Assembly: GCA_950097015.1 (NCBI GenBank)
Contig: CATNEN010000034.1
Span: 1,922,001 to 1,986,000, forward strand
Reading direction: 5' to 3'
DNA length: 64,000 nucleotides
From: Macrostomum hystrix
Lineage: Eukaryota > Animalia > Platyhelminthes
Positions 48,901 through 59,525 of the stretch are shown here, piece after piece (the stretch's first letter is position 1; each line of letters begins with the position of its first letter). The notes under the pieces are model-generated. The model saw nothing but the letters and a program-made list of their open reading frames with translations, was not told the origin of the DNA and ran no database searches. Position numbers and translations under genes: made by a program.

Positions 48901-51252
48901 ACCAGATTCAGTGAGGTGACGAAAAGTACTTTTAAAATGGGAGATATCAGAGTGGGGGGGACTCGAGGGTCTACAACTCCGAGACGCGACTAGTCAGGGC
49001 TCTGAAATTTTACAGCCGTGTTCACAGATAATGTTTCCTTCCAGATCTGAGATTTCAGCTTTTTTTGACCACCAGATTCAGTGAGGTGACGAAAAGTACT
49101 TTAAAAATGGGAGATATCAGAGTGGGGGGGACTCGAGGGTCTACAACTTCGAGACGCGACTAGTCAGGGCTCTGAAATTTTACAGCCGTATTCACAGATA
49201 ATGTTTCCTTCCAGATCTGAGTTTTCAGCCTCGTCTGACCACCAGATTCAGTGAGGTGACGAAAAGTACTTTTAAAATGGGAGATATCAGAGTGGGGGGG
49301 ACTCGAGGGTCTACAACTCCGAGACGCGACTAGTCAGGGCTCTGAAATTTTACAGCCGTGTTCACAGATAATGTTTCCTTCCAGATCTGAGTTTTCAGCT
49401 TTTTTTGACCACCAGATTCAGTGAGGTGACGAAAAGTACTTTTAAAATGGGAGATATCAGAGTGGGGGGGACTCGAGGGTCTACAACTCCGAGACGCGAC
49501 TAGTTAGGGCTCTGAAATTTTACAGCCGTGTTCACAGATAATGTTTCCTTCCAGATCTGAGTTTTCAGCCTCGTCTGACCACCAGATTCAGTGAGGTGAC
49601 GAAAAGTACTTTTAAAATGGGAGATATCAGAGTGGGGGGGACTCGAGGGTCTACAACTCCGAGACGCGACTAGTCAGGGCTCTGAAATTTTACAGCCGTG
49701 TTCACAGATAATGTTTCCTTCCAGATCTGAGTTTTCAGCCTCGTCTGACCACCAGATTCAGTGAGGTGACGAAAAGTACTTTTAAAATGGGAGATATCAG
49801 AGTGGGGGGGACTCGAGGGTCTACAACTCCGAGACGCGACTAGTCAGGGCTCTGAAATTTTACAGCCGTGTTCACAGATAATGTTTCCTTCCAGATCTGA
49901 GATTTCAGCTTTTTTTGACCACCAGATTCAGTGAGGTGACGAAAAGTACTTTAAAAATGGGAGATATCAGAGTGGGGGGGACTCGAGGGTCTACAACTTC
50001 GAGACGCGACTAGTCAGGGCTCTGAAATTTTACAGCCGTATTCACAGATAATGTTTCCTTCCAGATCTGAGTTTTCAGCCTCGTCTGACCACCAGATTCA
50101 GTGAGGTGACGAAAAGTACTTTTAAAATGGGAGATATCAGAGTGGGGGGGACTCGAGGGTCTACAACTCCGAGACGCGACTAGTCAGGGCTCTGAAATTT
50201 TACAGCCGTGTTCACAGATAATGTTTCCTTCCAGATCTGAGTTTTCAGCTTTTTTTGACCACCAGATTCAGTGAGGTGACGAAAAGTACTTTTAAAATGG
50301 GAGATATCAGAGTGGGGGGGACTCGAGGGTCTACAACTCCGAGACGCGACTAGTTAGGGCTCTGAAATTTTACAGCCGTGTTCACAGATAATGTTTCCTT
50401 CCAGATCTGAGTTTTCAGCCTCGTCTGACCACCAGATTCAGTGAGGTGACGAAAAGTACTTTTAAAATGGGAGATATCAGAGTGGGGGGGACTCGAGGGT
50501 CTACAACTCCGAGACGCGACTAGTCAGGGCTCTGAAATTTTACAGCCGTGTTCACAGATAATGTTTCCTTCCAGATCTGAGTTTTCAGCCTCGTCTGACC
50601 ACCAGATTCAGTGAGGTGACGAAAAGTACTTTTAAAATGGGAGATATCAGAGTGGGGGGGACTCGAGGGTCTACAACTCCGAGACGCGACTAGTCAGGGC
50701 TCTGAAATTTTACAGCCGTGTTTACAGATAATGTTTCCTTCCAGATCTGAGTTTTTAGCCTCGTCTGACCACCAGATTCAGTGAGGTGACGAAAAGTACT
50801 TTTAAAATGGGAGATATCAGAGTGGGGGGGACTCGAGGGTCTACAACTCCGAGACGCGACTAGTCAGGGCTCTGAAATTTTACAGCCGTGTTCACAGATA
50901 ATGTTTCCTTCCAGATCTGAGATTTCAGCTTTTTTTGACCACCAGATTCAGTGAGGTGACGAAAAGTACTTTTAAAATGGGAGATATCAGAGTGGGGGGG
51001 ACTCGAGGGTCTACAACTTCGAGACGCGACTAGTCAGGGCTCTGAAATTTTACAGCCGTATTCACAGATAATGTTTCCTTCCAGATCTGAGTTTTCAGCC
51101 TCGTCTGACCACCAGATTCAGTGAGGTGACGAAAAGTACTTTTAAAATGGGAGATATCAGAGTGGGGGGGACTCGAGGGTCTACAACTCCGAGACGCGAC
51201 TAGTCAGGGCTCTGAAATTTTACAGCCGTGTTCACAGATAATGTTTCCTTCC
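42983..51252 (-). repeat. 170-bp satellite array, right arm (~48.6 copies), inverted relative to the left arm
   Basis: Exact reverse complement of the left-arm unit, carrying the same sequence variants. Confidence 0.98.
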
Positions 51253-51722
51253 TTATCATTGCTCTCAGCTGTATATCATGTACGAGTAATAATCCTGCGA
51301 AGCGCAAAAGTGAGGTTATATTTTTAGTTTTTTTGATGAAGTTTACGATGATTATAAAAATAATAAATTATACAAACACATTTAATGAGGTGAGTTTTGA
51401 GTTGTGATTTTAGTAGTTGCGATATTTAGTAAACCGCTTTTTGTATTCGTTTACTTAGTTGGTTGAGCAAATTTGTTTTATTCTATGAAAAACATATATT
51501 AGAAAACGTTTTGTGAAAGTAAACGATTTTTTGTGTGTTGTGCGCAAGTCCGTCGATATTTATTAATTTTATTCTCAATAATGATATTTTCGGACCGATA
51601 TATAAGTATTTCATCTGTTAGAAGTCTTTTTATTAGTTGCTTGTCGATTTTTTGTTGGCTATAACATAATTTTTTTCTGGTACTGGTTCTGGTACTGGTT
51701 CTGGTACTGGAAGTATAGACGT
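51253..51722 (-). repeat. Right outer TIR (470 bp)
   Basis: Reverse complement of 31527-31996, 469/470 identical. Confidence 0.97.
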
Positions 51723-51934
51723 TAGAAAACTAATTTGCTAAACTCCCTAAAGAGTGTATTAATTAGTATTTAAGATACAGTGCCGCTTCCGCCTGTAGTT
51801 AGCCATTCATCCTTTTCAGTTGCACAAGGATGAAAGTGAATGTATATGTATACTGACATTTTTATATGTTAGTATACATATAGATGCTGGATTTTGTCAA
51901 ATGCAACTAAAATTCTAAGAATTTAGGTACCTGT

Positions 51935-52323
51935 ACACTTCGTCATCTTACAACTTCATCAATCATCATCCAGATGACGATCTGTCCAATATCTCAGAGG
52001 GTGGATGACGAAGAGACTTAGACTTGTGGACACTTTGTAATCTATAAAACTAAAGTTTTCAAAGTTAGAACAGAACCACCCCTCCGCACCTCCTCACATT
52101 GTGTTGGCACCTATATTTTTAACTCTTATAATGAAATCAGTTTTGACACCTCTTTTTGACAATTTAGAGTGTGAAGTGTGTTCACACCTCTGCCCCACCA
52201 CCCCACCCTCACTTTATTGATGACAAACTTGATTGCTTTTTAGTAGTAGATGACGAACTGACCAAACTTTAAAGCATAGCATACCAATTGGCTGGATGAC
52301 AAAGTTGTAAGATGACTAAGTGT
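51935..52323. mobile_element. Possible old MITE (inverted-repeat pair)
   Basis: acacttcgtcatcttacaactt (51935-51956) matches the reverse complement of 52302-52323 at 21/22 positions. No TSD identified. Confidence 0.4.
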
Positions 52324-53915
52324 CTAGGATCCAGAATTTATGTGCCATGCATTTGGGTAGGCCTACCAGTGTATTTTGGTAGGGCCTACTAGTCAGTGCT
52401 TTTTGATACAACTCTTTGGGTGGGGACTCCTTTTTGGTGCCATGGTCAATATTAAAAAATTGGTACATTAAAAAACAATTTATTTGAAATTGACAAATTT
52501 TAGGATTTTAACAAATAGGCCTACTTTCAGATACTCTTGGAAAACTTGGTTTCAAATTAGTTTTTGTGATATTAAATATAAAAAAGATTGCATTGGGAAC
52601 AAATTACATTGGGTACCAAGAAGTATTTCTTATCCAGCAAGGAGCTGTACTGAAAAGGACTGATTGGTACCAAAAAGCATGGAATCCAAATCCACCACAT
52701 CATTAGGCCTAGCTGGATTTTGCCTAGGCCCTATTGTTAGGTAAAACTTAAAAGTCAACACCATTTTGCAAAAAATGTCATTGCCGTTTGCATTAGGCCT
52801 ACTATAGTTTGATTCATTTTTGCTTTTAAAAACAAATCTTTTACTACAGCTGCATTTAAGTAGGGCCTAGGCCATTTTGTAGGCTCCTAAGAACATATGC
52901 ACATTCATATACTGTATACAGGTACATAATTATCCTGGTCATCAGGCAATGGCAGTATACACTTTCACTATGCCTTAAGGTTGGTCCTTAAGGGCATAAA
53001 TTGCATAAGAACCCCACACCTTCTTTTCACCACTGCACCTGAAATAAATATGGCATTGCCATAGAATTAAGCTTAGGGACCTTGGTCCCTTGCCTTAGTA
53101 TAAAAGACAAACACATAAGACTACTATCACTCACCCTATTTCTAGGGCTTAGGCCTAGCATTTAAATTTCTATATCCTTAGGCTTGCCTTGAATGATAAG
53201 TTGTCACTTACTTAAGTTAAAATATAAAGTAATAAAATAGTGCCCATTAAAAATTTGTAAAAATTGTGTGTTTTTATAAAAATTGTTTTTTTTATTGGGC
53301 CAAACATTAACAAGTGATATAGCTTTTCTATTGTTACTAGGTCTAGACAAAAAGTGTGGCTCTTAATTCAATGTTTTATGAATTTTTTATTAACATTAAA
53401 ACAGAGGTTAGCCTGGTTGATGATCATTTTGTCTATGGTTTATTCTGTCAGCAGACAAAATGACATACTTTTATGCAATATAAAAGTAAATATGTGATAT
53501 ATATAAATGAGAGCTCAAATTAAGTTGCATGTTTTTTAGACTTTTGTTTCTAATGATTTTTATGTTTTTATTATGTTTGTTCAGGTAGTTGAACATTTTA
53601 CTAAAAAATTAAAAGTAACATTTTTAGACATGCTTTTTGTTATATTGTTGGTCAGTTGATAAATAAATATAAGTACATTAGCAACCATAGTACTTGTATA
53701 TGTATTAGAATATTTTATATTGTTATGGTACTCTCAGGTTTATAATTTAAGATGTAATTTCTCCATTTCGATATATATTTATTTCATTTTTAAAATATAA
53801 AATACAGTTTTATTTCCAAAGACCTTTTTTGTTTTTAAAGCAGAAAATATATCAGAAAAAAGCCCAATATGATTAAACTGTTTGCTTTGACTAATCTCAA
53901 CTTACATTCCCAGCC

Positions 53916-54290
53916 ATGGACTCAGATTGCACCAGTAACAATTTAGACAAGCAGATTGAAAAGCTGCGCCGATGCGAACTCATCACCGAGGCAGAGGTGA
54001 AAGCTCTGTGCGGCAAAGCGCGCGAGATTCTAATTGAAGAATCTAATGTGCAGTGCGTGGACGCGCCTGTCACAGTCTGCGGCGATATCCACGGCCAGTA
54101 CTACGACCTCAAGGAACTGTTCAGTCACGGCGGCGATGTCCCAGACACCAACTATCTGTTTTTAGGCGACTTTGTTGACCGCGGCTTCTACTCAGTTGAG
54201 ACCTTTCTGCTGCTGTTGGCGTTGAAGGTTCGGTATCCGGATCGTATCACACTCATTCGTGGCAATCACGAGAGTCGCCAAATTACTCAG
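53916..54290 (+). CDS. PPP4C: Serine/threonine protein phosphatase 4 catalytic subunit, coding exon 1
   Basis: [31 protein letters not shown]-terminus typical of PP4C; PPP motifs GDIHG, GDFVDRG, GNHE; donor CAG|gtaagg, 375 nt. Confidence 0.95.
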
Positions 54291-54374
54291 GTAAGGTTAA
54301 TGGTTCGATTTGATTGGCTGATTAAATTGGTTTGATTTAATTGGTCAGTTATTAGCTTGTTTTTTAATTGATTG

Positions 54375-54745
54375 GCCAGGTAGATTGTTTGATTCTATTA
54401 GTCAGGTAGATTGTTTGATTCTATTAGTCAGGTAGATTGTTTGATTCTGTTAGTCAGGTAGATTGTTTGATTCTGTTAGTAAGGTAGATTGTTTGATTCT
54501 GTTAGTCAGGTAGATTGTTTGATTTGATTGGCCAGGTAGATTGTTTGACTCCATTGACCAGTTAAAATGGTTTGATTTGATTGGCCAGGTAGATGATTTG
54601 ATTTGTTTAGCAAGTTAAATGGGTTTGACTTGATTGGCCAGTTAAATGGGTTTGACTTGATTGGCAAGTTAAATGGGTTTGACTTGAATGGCCAGTTAAA
54701 TGGGTTTGACTTGATTGGCCAGTTAAATGGGTTTGACTTGATTGG
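54375..54745. repeat. Compound 26-bp and 27-bp minisatellites in PPP4C intron 1
   Basis: gtcaggtagattgtttgattct(a/g)tta units followed by ttgacttgattggccagttaaatgggt units. Confidence 0.9.
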
Positions 54746-54789
54746 CCAGTTATCGATATTGAGCATAATCGCATGTTCCCATTGCGCAG

Positions 54790-55104
54790 GTTTACGGCTT
54801 CTATGAAGAGTGCAATCGCAAGTACGGCTCCTCAACAGTCTGGCGCTACTGCACCGAAATATTCGACTACCTCAGCCTGTCTGCCATCATCGATGGCAAG
54901 ATTTTCTGCGTCCATGGCGGCCTTAGCCCGTCCATCAACACTCTGGACCAGATTCGGGCCATCGATCGTAAACAGGAGGTGCCACACGATGGCGCCATGT
55001 GCGACCTGCTCTGGTCTGACCCGGAGGACGCTCTGGGATGGGGCGTTTCTCCCCGCGGCGCCGGCTTTCTGTTCGGCTCCGATGTAGTGGCCCAGTTTAA
55101 CCAG
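54790..55104 (+). CDS. PPP4C: PPP4C coding exon 2
   Basis: Acceptor ttgcgcag|, VYGFYEEC...HGGLSP...[15 protein letters not shown]...SPRGAG.LFG, donor CAG|gtgagc, 315 nt in phase. Confidence 0.95.
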
Positions 55105-55871
55105 GTGAGCAAAGTCGCGAGTTCGATTCTGCTAGAGTGCAAAGGGACTATGGGATTGAGTTATTTGTGGCGGTGTGGTTATTTGTTATAGAGACGGATC
55201 AAAATTCGATTTTGATCACGCATTGCGAGGGGGACCACGCAATGTCGAAATTTTTTACTAAATGTGTTAACTGCCGTTGTGTCCAAATCATGCACAAATA
55301 CAAATGCAAATTCCTTTATTTCAGCGTCGTCTAATAGTTTGTCAAAGACAAATATATTTAAGAATAAAACGAATAATCTATTTAATATTCTAGGAGTATT
55401 TCTGCAATGCTTGCGAACCATTGCGAGCTGCCAGACCGAAAATTCCTTATGAGAAAAGATTATGTAGTGCAAAATTAAATTGGAAAACGAGGTCCACTTC
55501 TTATAAAAGTGCAGTTGGAATAGGCATAGCATCGCACGGTCAAGTTTCGAAAAGAAAACTTCAGGGAAAACTCCCAATTTCACGTCCCTAACAGCAGAAA
55601 AAAATCTAACTACATAATGGCACAAGACGACATGGAAACCACTGAACCACTAGTAAAGTACGAGTACATCATGGAAATATCTAAAATAAAAAAACAAAAT
55701 ACATTAAGTCTGAATATTCATTTATTATACATAGTGAAAATATAGATTTTCAATTTCAAAGCAGTTTCGGTCCATCTCTTATTTGTTCACACCCGTACAT
55801 CCATGAAGGTGTGCGTGTGCCTTCAGTGTAATTTCATATTGAGTCACATTTTCGAATCACCAACCACCCAG

Positions 55872-56117
55872 ACCAACAACATCGAGCTGATATGCCGGGC
55901 CCACCAGCTAGTTATGGAAGGCTACAAGTGGCACTTTGCCAGCCAGTCAGTCCTCACGGTGTGGTCTGCCCCCAACTACTGCTACAGATGCGGCAACGTT
56001 GCGGCTATACTCAAACTGGACGAGTATCTAGAGAAGGATTTCACAATATTTGAGGCGGCACCCCAGGAGACTAGAGGCGTCCCGGCTAAGAAGCCGGTGG
56101 CCGAGTACTTCCTCTGA
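55872..56117 (+). CDS. PPP4C: PPP4C coding exon 3
   Basis: Acceptor cacccag|, [10 protein letters not shown]...[14 protein letters not shown]-terminal EYFL-stop (the YFL terminus of PP4/PP6 type). Total 311 aa. Confidence 0.95.
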   Translation, partial: TNNIELICRAHQLVMEGYKWHFASQSVLTVWSAPNYCYRCGNVAAILKLDEYLEKDFTIFEAAPQETRGVPAKKPVAEYFL

Positions 56118-56989
56118 TGAGCTGCTGTTTTTATCCTGTCTGTTTTATAACTTTAGTGTGCGCGCATCTTAAATTCTGAATCAATTCAACATGTGTTTTT
56201 TATAATTTAATACCCAATTCGTACTTCGTAAAATGGATTTCTCTGTTAGCGCACATGCATTCGTGTCATAAGACTGTTGTGCAATCGTTTGTACAATTAT
56301 AATCAGTGGAACAAAATCTACTGTACTTTTACTATTTGTACATTTGTATTCTGATAACTTGCACGCGCCGTTGGACACCTTCACAGTCGCTGTTAGCGAA
56401 AATTATCAAATAAATATATGCTCGTTCTCCAGTTGTAAGTAATTGATTAACTGCCGTATCACCCGGTACATCATCCAATACTACTAACTTAGTAGCATAT
56501 ATCTTATCGGAGCTCCGTAAAATAGCGCAAAAGCAGAAGCGTTGCGTGTTGTTTTTGTTATAATCGATGGAGAGTATGCGATTTTTTATTTACTTGATGT
56601 CTATCACCATGCACTCAGTAACGTCAAAATCGCAGTATAGTCTTAGAAATAAGAAACTAGACAGTTCTACTGTAGGATATATATAGCAAAGTAGCAAGTA
56701 GGAAAAATAGCAAAACAGAACTCGTGGGAATGGCAGAACGCAAGCTTTGCGTCAGTAAACAAATTTACGTTAAAAAGTAGGGTGATTTATTGCGTTACTG
56801 GTCCTATCCTATGCCAGTACCTGAAGGTGCTCTGTGGGTTGTCTGTGGGTAATTCTTACTCCTTAGTGACTCTTTTCCATATAATTAACATTATAATTCC
56901 ATTAATTCCAGTATAACATGCAACAAACAAACGTTACACTATTTTCTATAAACAATGGACACGGAAAACATGTGTACGCTAGGCATTAA

Positions 56990-57576
56990 CAGTAGGACTA
57001 CCAAGCCATTTTGCCGCCCGTTTTTATATATTTTTTATTTAACAATTTTTTTTGGCAGCGCCCGAATGCTAACAGCGTTGGGTGGTGACTGATTGGTTGA
57101 CAGACTAGGCGATGGTGTTCTGTGGTTGAGCTGCGCCTAATATTTTTGCTTGAGCATTGAAATTTGCGTCAGGGTGTCCATAGTAGCTTAGTTCTACCTG
57201 TTGTAGCCCTTGAAGGTCCAGCAGTCTGTCTAGATAAAGGTAGGTGACCACCGAAGACGGAGAAGATGCAGGCACACTCGGGTGACATGCTGATCAATTT
57301 TGAAGTCCTGGCAATGCCGCACTGAGGCGCAGTGCAAATTCGTGTATAGGGGTGTATGAAATGCACTAGCTCTTATGGGAAAAATCGGACCTTCGGCCGG
57401 AAACATTGAATATCTCGACGGTCTGAAGAGCTAACGACTTGTTTCTTGTTTCAGAAGATGCGCAACAAAAAGTTGGCCCGTGTTCTTGAGTTTTGTGTGC
57501 TTGCATTGTTCCGTTCGGGTGCGGCGAAAATAATTGTCAGGGGGGGGGATTCCCCCCCCCCTTGGTAGTTCTACTG
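56990..57576. mobile_element. TTAA-flanked MITE-like element, 587 bp
   Basis: ttaa|cagtaggactaccaag ... cttggtagttctactg|ttaa: 16-bp TIR with 1 mismatch and TTAA on both sides. A related fragment lies at 10694-10759. Confidence 0.65.
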
Positions 57577-58427
57577 TTAATATAATTTTCCTAATGCATG
57601 ATGCTAATTTTCGTAAAAACACAAGTAATAACAATAATTTTTAAAGGAATCAATGAAATACTCTATTTTGGACAGCCAGTGAGAGAAAAAAATATGAAAT
57701 TACTTTCTTTCTGTAATAAACTGGAAGTTGAACATAAAAAATAAATGTGATATAAGTAAGCATACCACGTACATGAAAACAAAGGGAATCGCTTGAAAGC
57801 CATCATGAAAGTTTGAAACAAAGCTAATTTAACTATTCCAAACACATCAATCGGAGGCCATTTTGGCAGATTGACAAAAGAATCTTGTCTGTCTGAATGC
57901 ACGCTACAGCTACTAAAAGTAAAAACTACTGCAGACGAATACGTAAAAAACAAATCTGAGAAAAGAATACTTAAAAATATGCTTTAATATCTAAATTATT
58001 ACTTGGTATTTTATGATATTTAGTGGGAACATCAATAGCATTCTCACAGCTAAGATTTTAGCGGCATGGTAAACAAACAAATAGTTTTAGTAAAACATTA
58101 CCACATATAGTGATGTATACATTTTCTAAACTTCAGGAAGAATGGCATACATAACTTCAGTTATTATTCTAATAATATAGATAATAGGACCCATCTATGA
58201 CTTGTCCATGAAATCTCTATTATGGAATATTTGTTTTCATACATATCAGAAATATACGCTTTTATGCAGTATATGCATATATACTTCGATAGATATAGTA
58301 ATCCAAGGTAGTCTACGTTTGGATACATATCTACATCAACGCTCATGCATATTTCGATACATATCGGCATCTTTATTTTTTACTAACCACAGACAAAAAA
58401 TGTTGGCAAAGCAATAGCAGTTAGGTA

Positions 58428-58622
58428 TCAATCGATGCTAGCCTGCTGGTTCATCACCTGATCGGATACGCTCAGGCCGTAGATGCGCCGACGGAACGCC
58501 TCTCTGTGCTGCTCCTGCAGGCTGCTTTTAGGCTTGCTGCGCTTCAGATTGCCGTCCCACTGCAGGTCGACTAGGCCGCCACGGCCGGCTATTTGGCGCT
58601 TGACCCGGTTGGCGAAGGCCAC
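58428..58622 (-). CDS. GPAT3/4: Glycerol-3-phosphate acyltransferase 3/4, last coding exon
   Basis: Acceptor ttccacag|, VAFANRVKRQIAGRGGLVDLQWDGNLKR is the conserved GPAT3/4 C-terminal motif. 195 nt to TGA. Confidence 0.92.
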   Translation of the reverse strand: MAFANRVKRQIAGRGGLVDLQWDGNLKRSKPKSSLQEQHREAFRRRIYGLSVSDQVMNQQASID

Positions 58623-58747
58623 CTGTGGAAAATCAATGGAGTTACGGAGTGTCGTGGTGAAAATCAAAAGCATTTAAAAATACATTTTTCGATACATGTC
58701 GTTAAAAAAGATAAATTACAATGTTTCTAAACAAAAACTAGACTTAC

Positions 58748-59161
58748 TGAGTTCTCGCCTTCCTGTTGAATCTGGGGCGGCAGGTACCAGACATCGGCCA
58801 CAATAGCCCAGCTGGTCATCATCATGAACAGGTAGGTGACCATGCCGCAGGCGGAGCTGTTCCAGAAACAGTCGGCGAATCTCGGATCGTATTTAATAGC
58901 CACCGGGTAAACGATTCCGCCGGCTTCGAAGCCGCCTTTGCGAAACATCATAACGGAGGTGTTGTTGATGCAGGTGCCCTCGGGAAAGATTAACACCGGT
59001 GGCAGGCCCGGTGTGGACACATGCTCTTCCAATTTTCGCTTAACAACATTGGCGTCGCTGGTTTCGCTACGCTCGAACCAGATGTGCGGCGAGGTGCGGT
59101 GCAGCGACTTCTGCATGAAGCCAGTGAAGCCGCAGTGGCTTTGGCCAACTATGGAGAAGAC
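58748..59161 (-). CDS. GPAT3/4: GPAT3/4 middle coding exon
   Basis: Acceptor ggccag|, HIWFER, LIFPEGTCINNTSVMMFRKG, YPVAIKYD, MMTSWAIVADVWYLPP; donor |gtaagt; 414 nt. Confidence 0.93.
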
Positions 59162-59365
59162 CTGGCCAGTTGGTGGCAGATTATTAAGACATATTTTAGT
59201 TAACCAATCTTCTGGTTCAATAATGATAATTTGCTGTTTGCTGTTAATCATTCAATCCTTCGGTCCTAAATCTAAAGTACACATTTATTTATACATAACA
59301 CCGACGCCTGGCTCTGACACCAATGGGGAATCAAGAATCCTGTGTAAGTGCACAAATTGTTTTCC

Positions 59366-59438
59366 TTTGACAGAGATTCGAACTCCCGACCTCTCGGTCA
59401 GAAAGTCCGGAGCCTATAATCACTAGGCTACAGGCAAC
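59366..59438 (-). mobile_element. tRNA-derived SINE head or tRNA pseudogene in a GPAT intron
   Basis: Minus strand tagcctagtgattataggctccggactttctgaccgagaggtcgggagttcgaatctc has A-box and B-box/T-loop (GTTCGAAT) motifs. Anticodon and acceptor stems are broken. Confidence 0.55.
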
Positions 59439-59525
59439 GGTACTAACAACATAAATAACAATAAGGTCGTCGTTAATACAAATTTAATAAAGGAACAAAA
59501 ATAAACGATGCCTCGAATCGCTAAC

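Larger units (their letters stand above)
31527..51722 (-). mobile_element. Foldback-type Mutator (MULE; FB-NOF/Phantom-like) DNA transposon, 20,196 bp, apparently full length
   Basis: Ends ACGTCTATAC...GTATAGACGT are exact inverted repeats, flanked by the direct repeat TAGAAAAC (31519-31526 and 51723-51730). The long inverted arms contain tandem arrays, and the internal ORF has a MULE DDE motif set. Confidence 0.92.

Noticed and set aside
31997-51252. 170-bp arrays as CRISPR arrays
   Set aside because: There are no unique spacers (the variable segment has only two recurring alleles), no cas genes, and the context is eukaryotic.
31527-51722. Element as Polinton/Maverick or hAT
   Set aside because: Size and long TIRs suggest a Polinton, but there is no PolB, integrase or capsid ORF and the TSD is 8 bp, not 6. 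An 8-bp TSD fits hAT, but the protein motifs (DATG, TDFS, CxxH) and the long repeat-built TIRs are Mutator-like.
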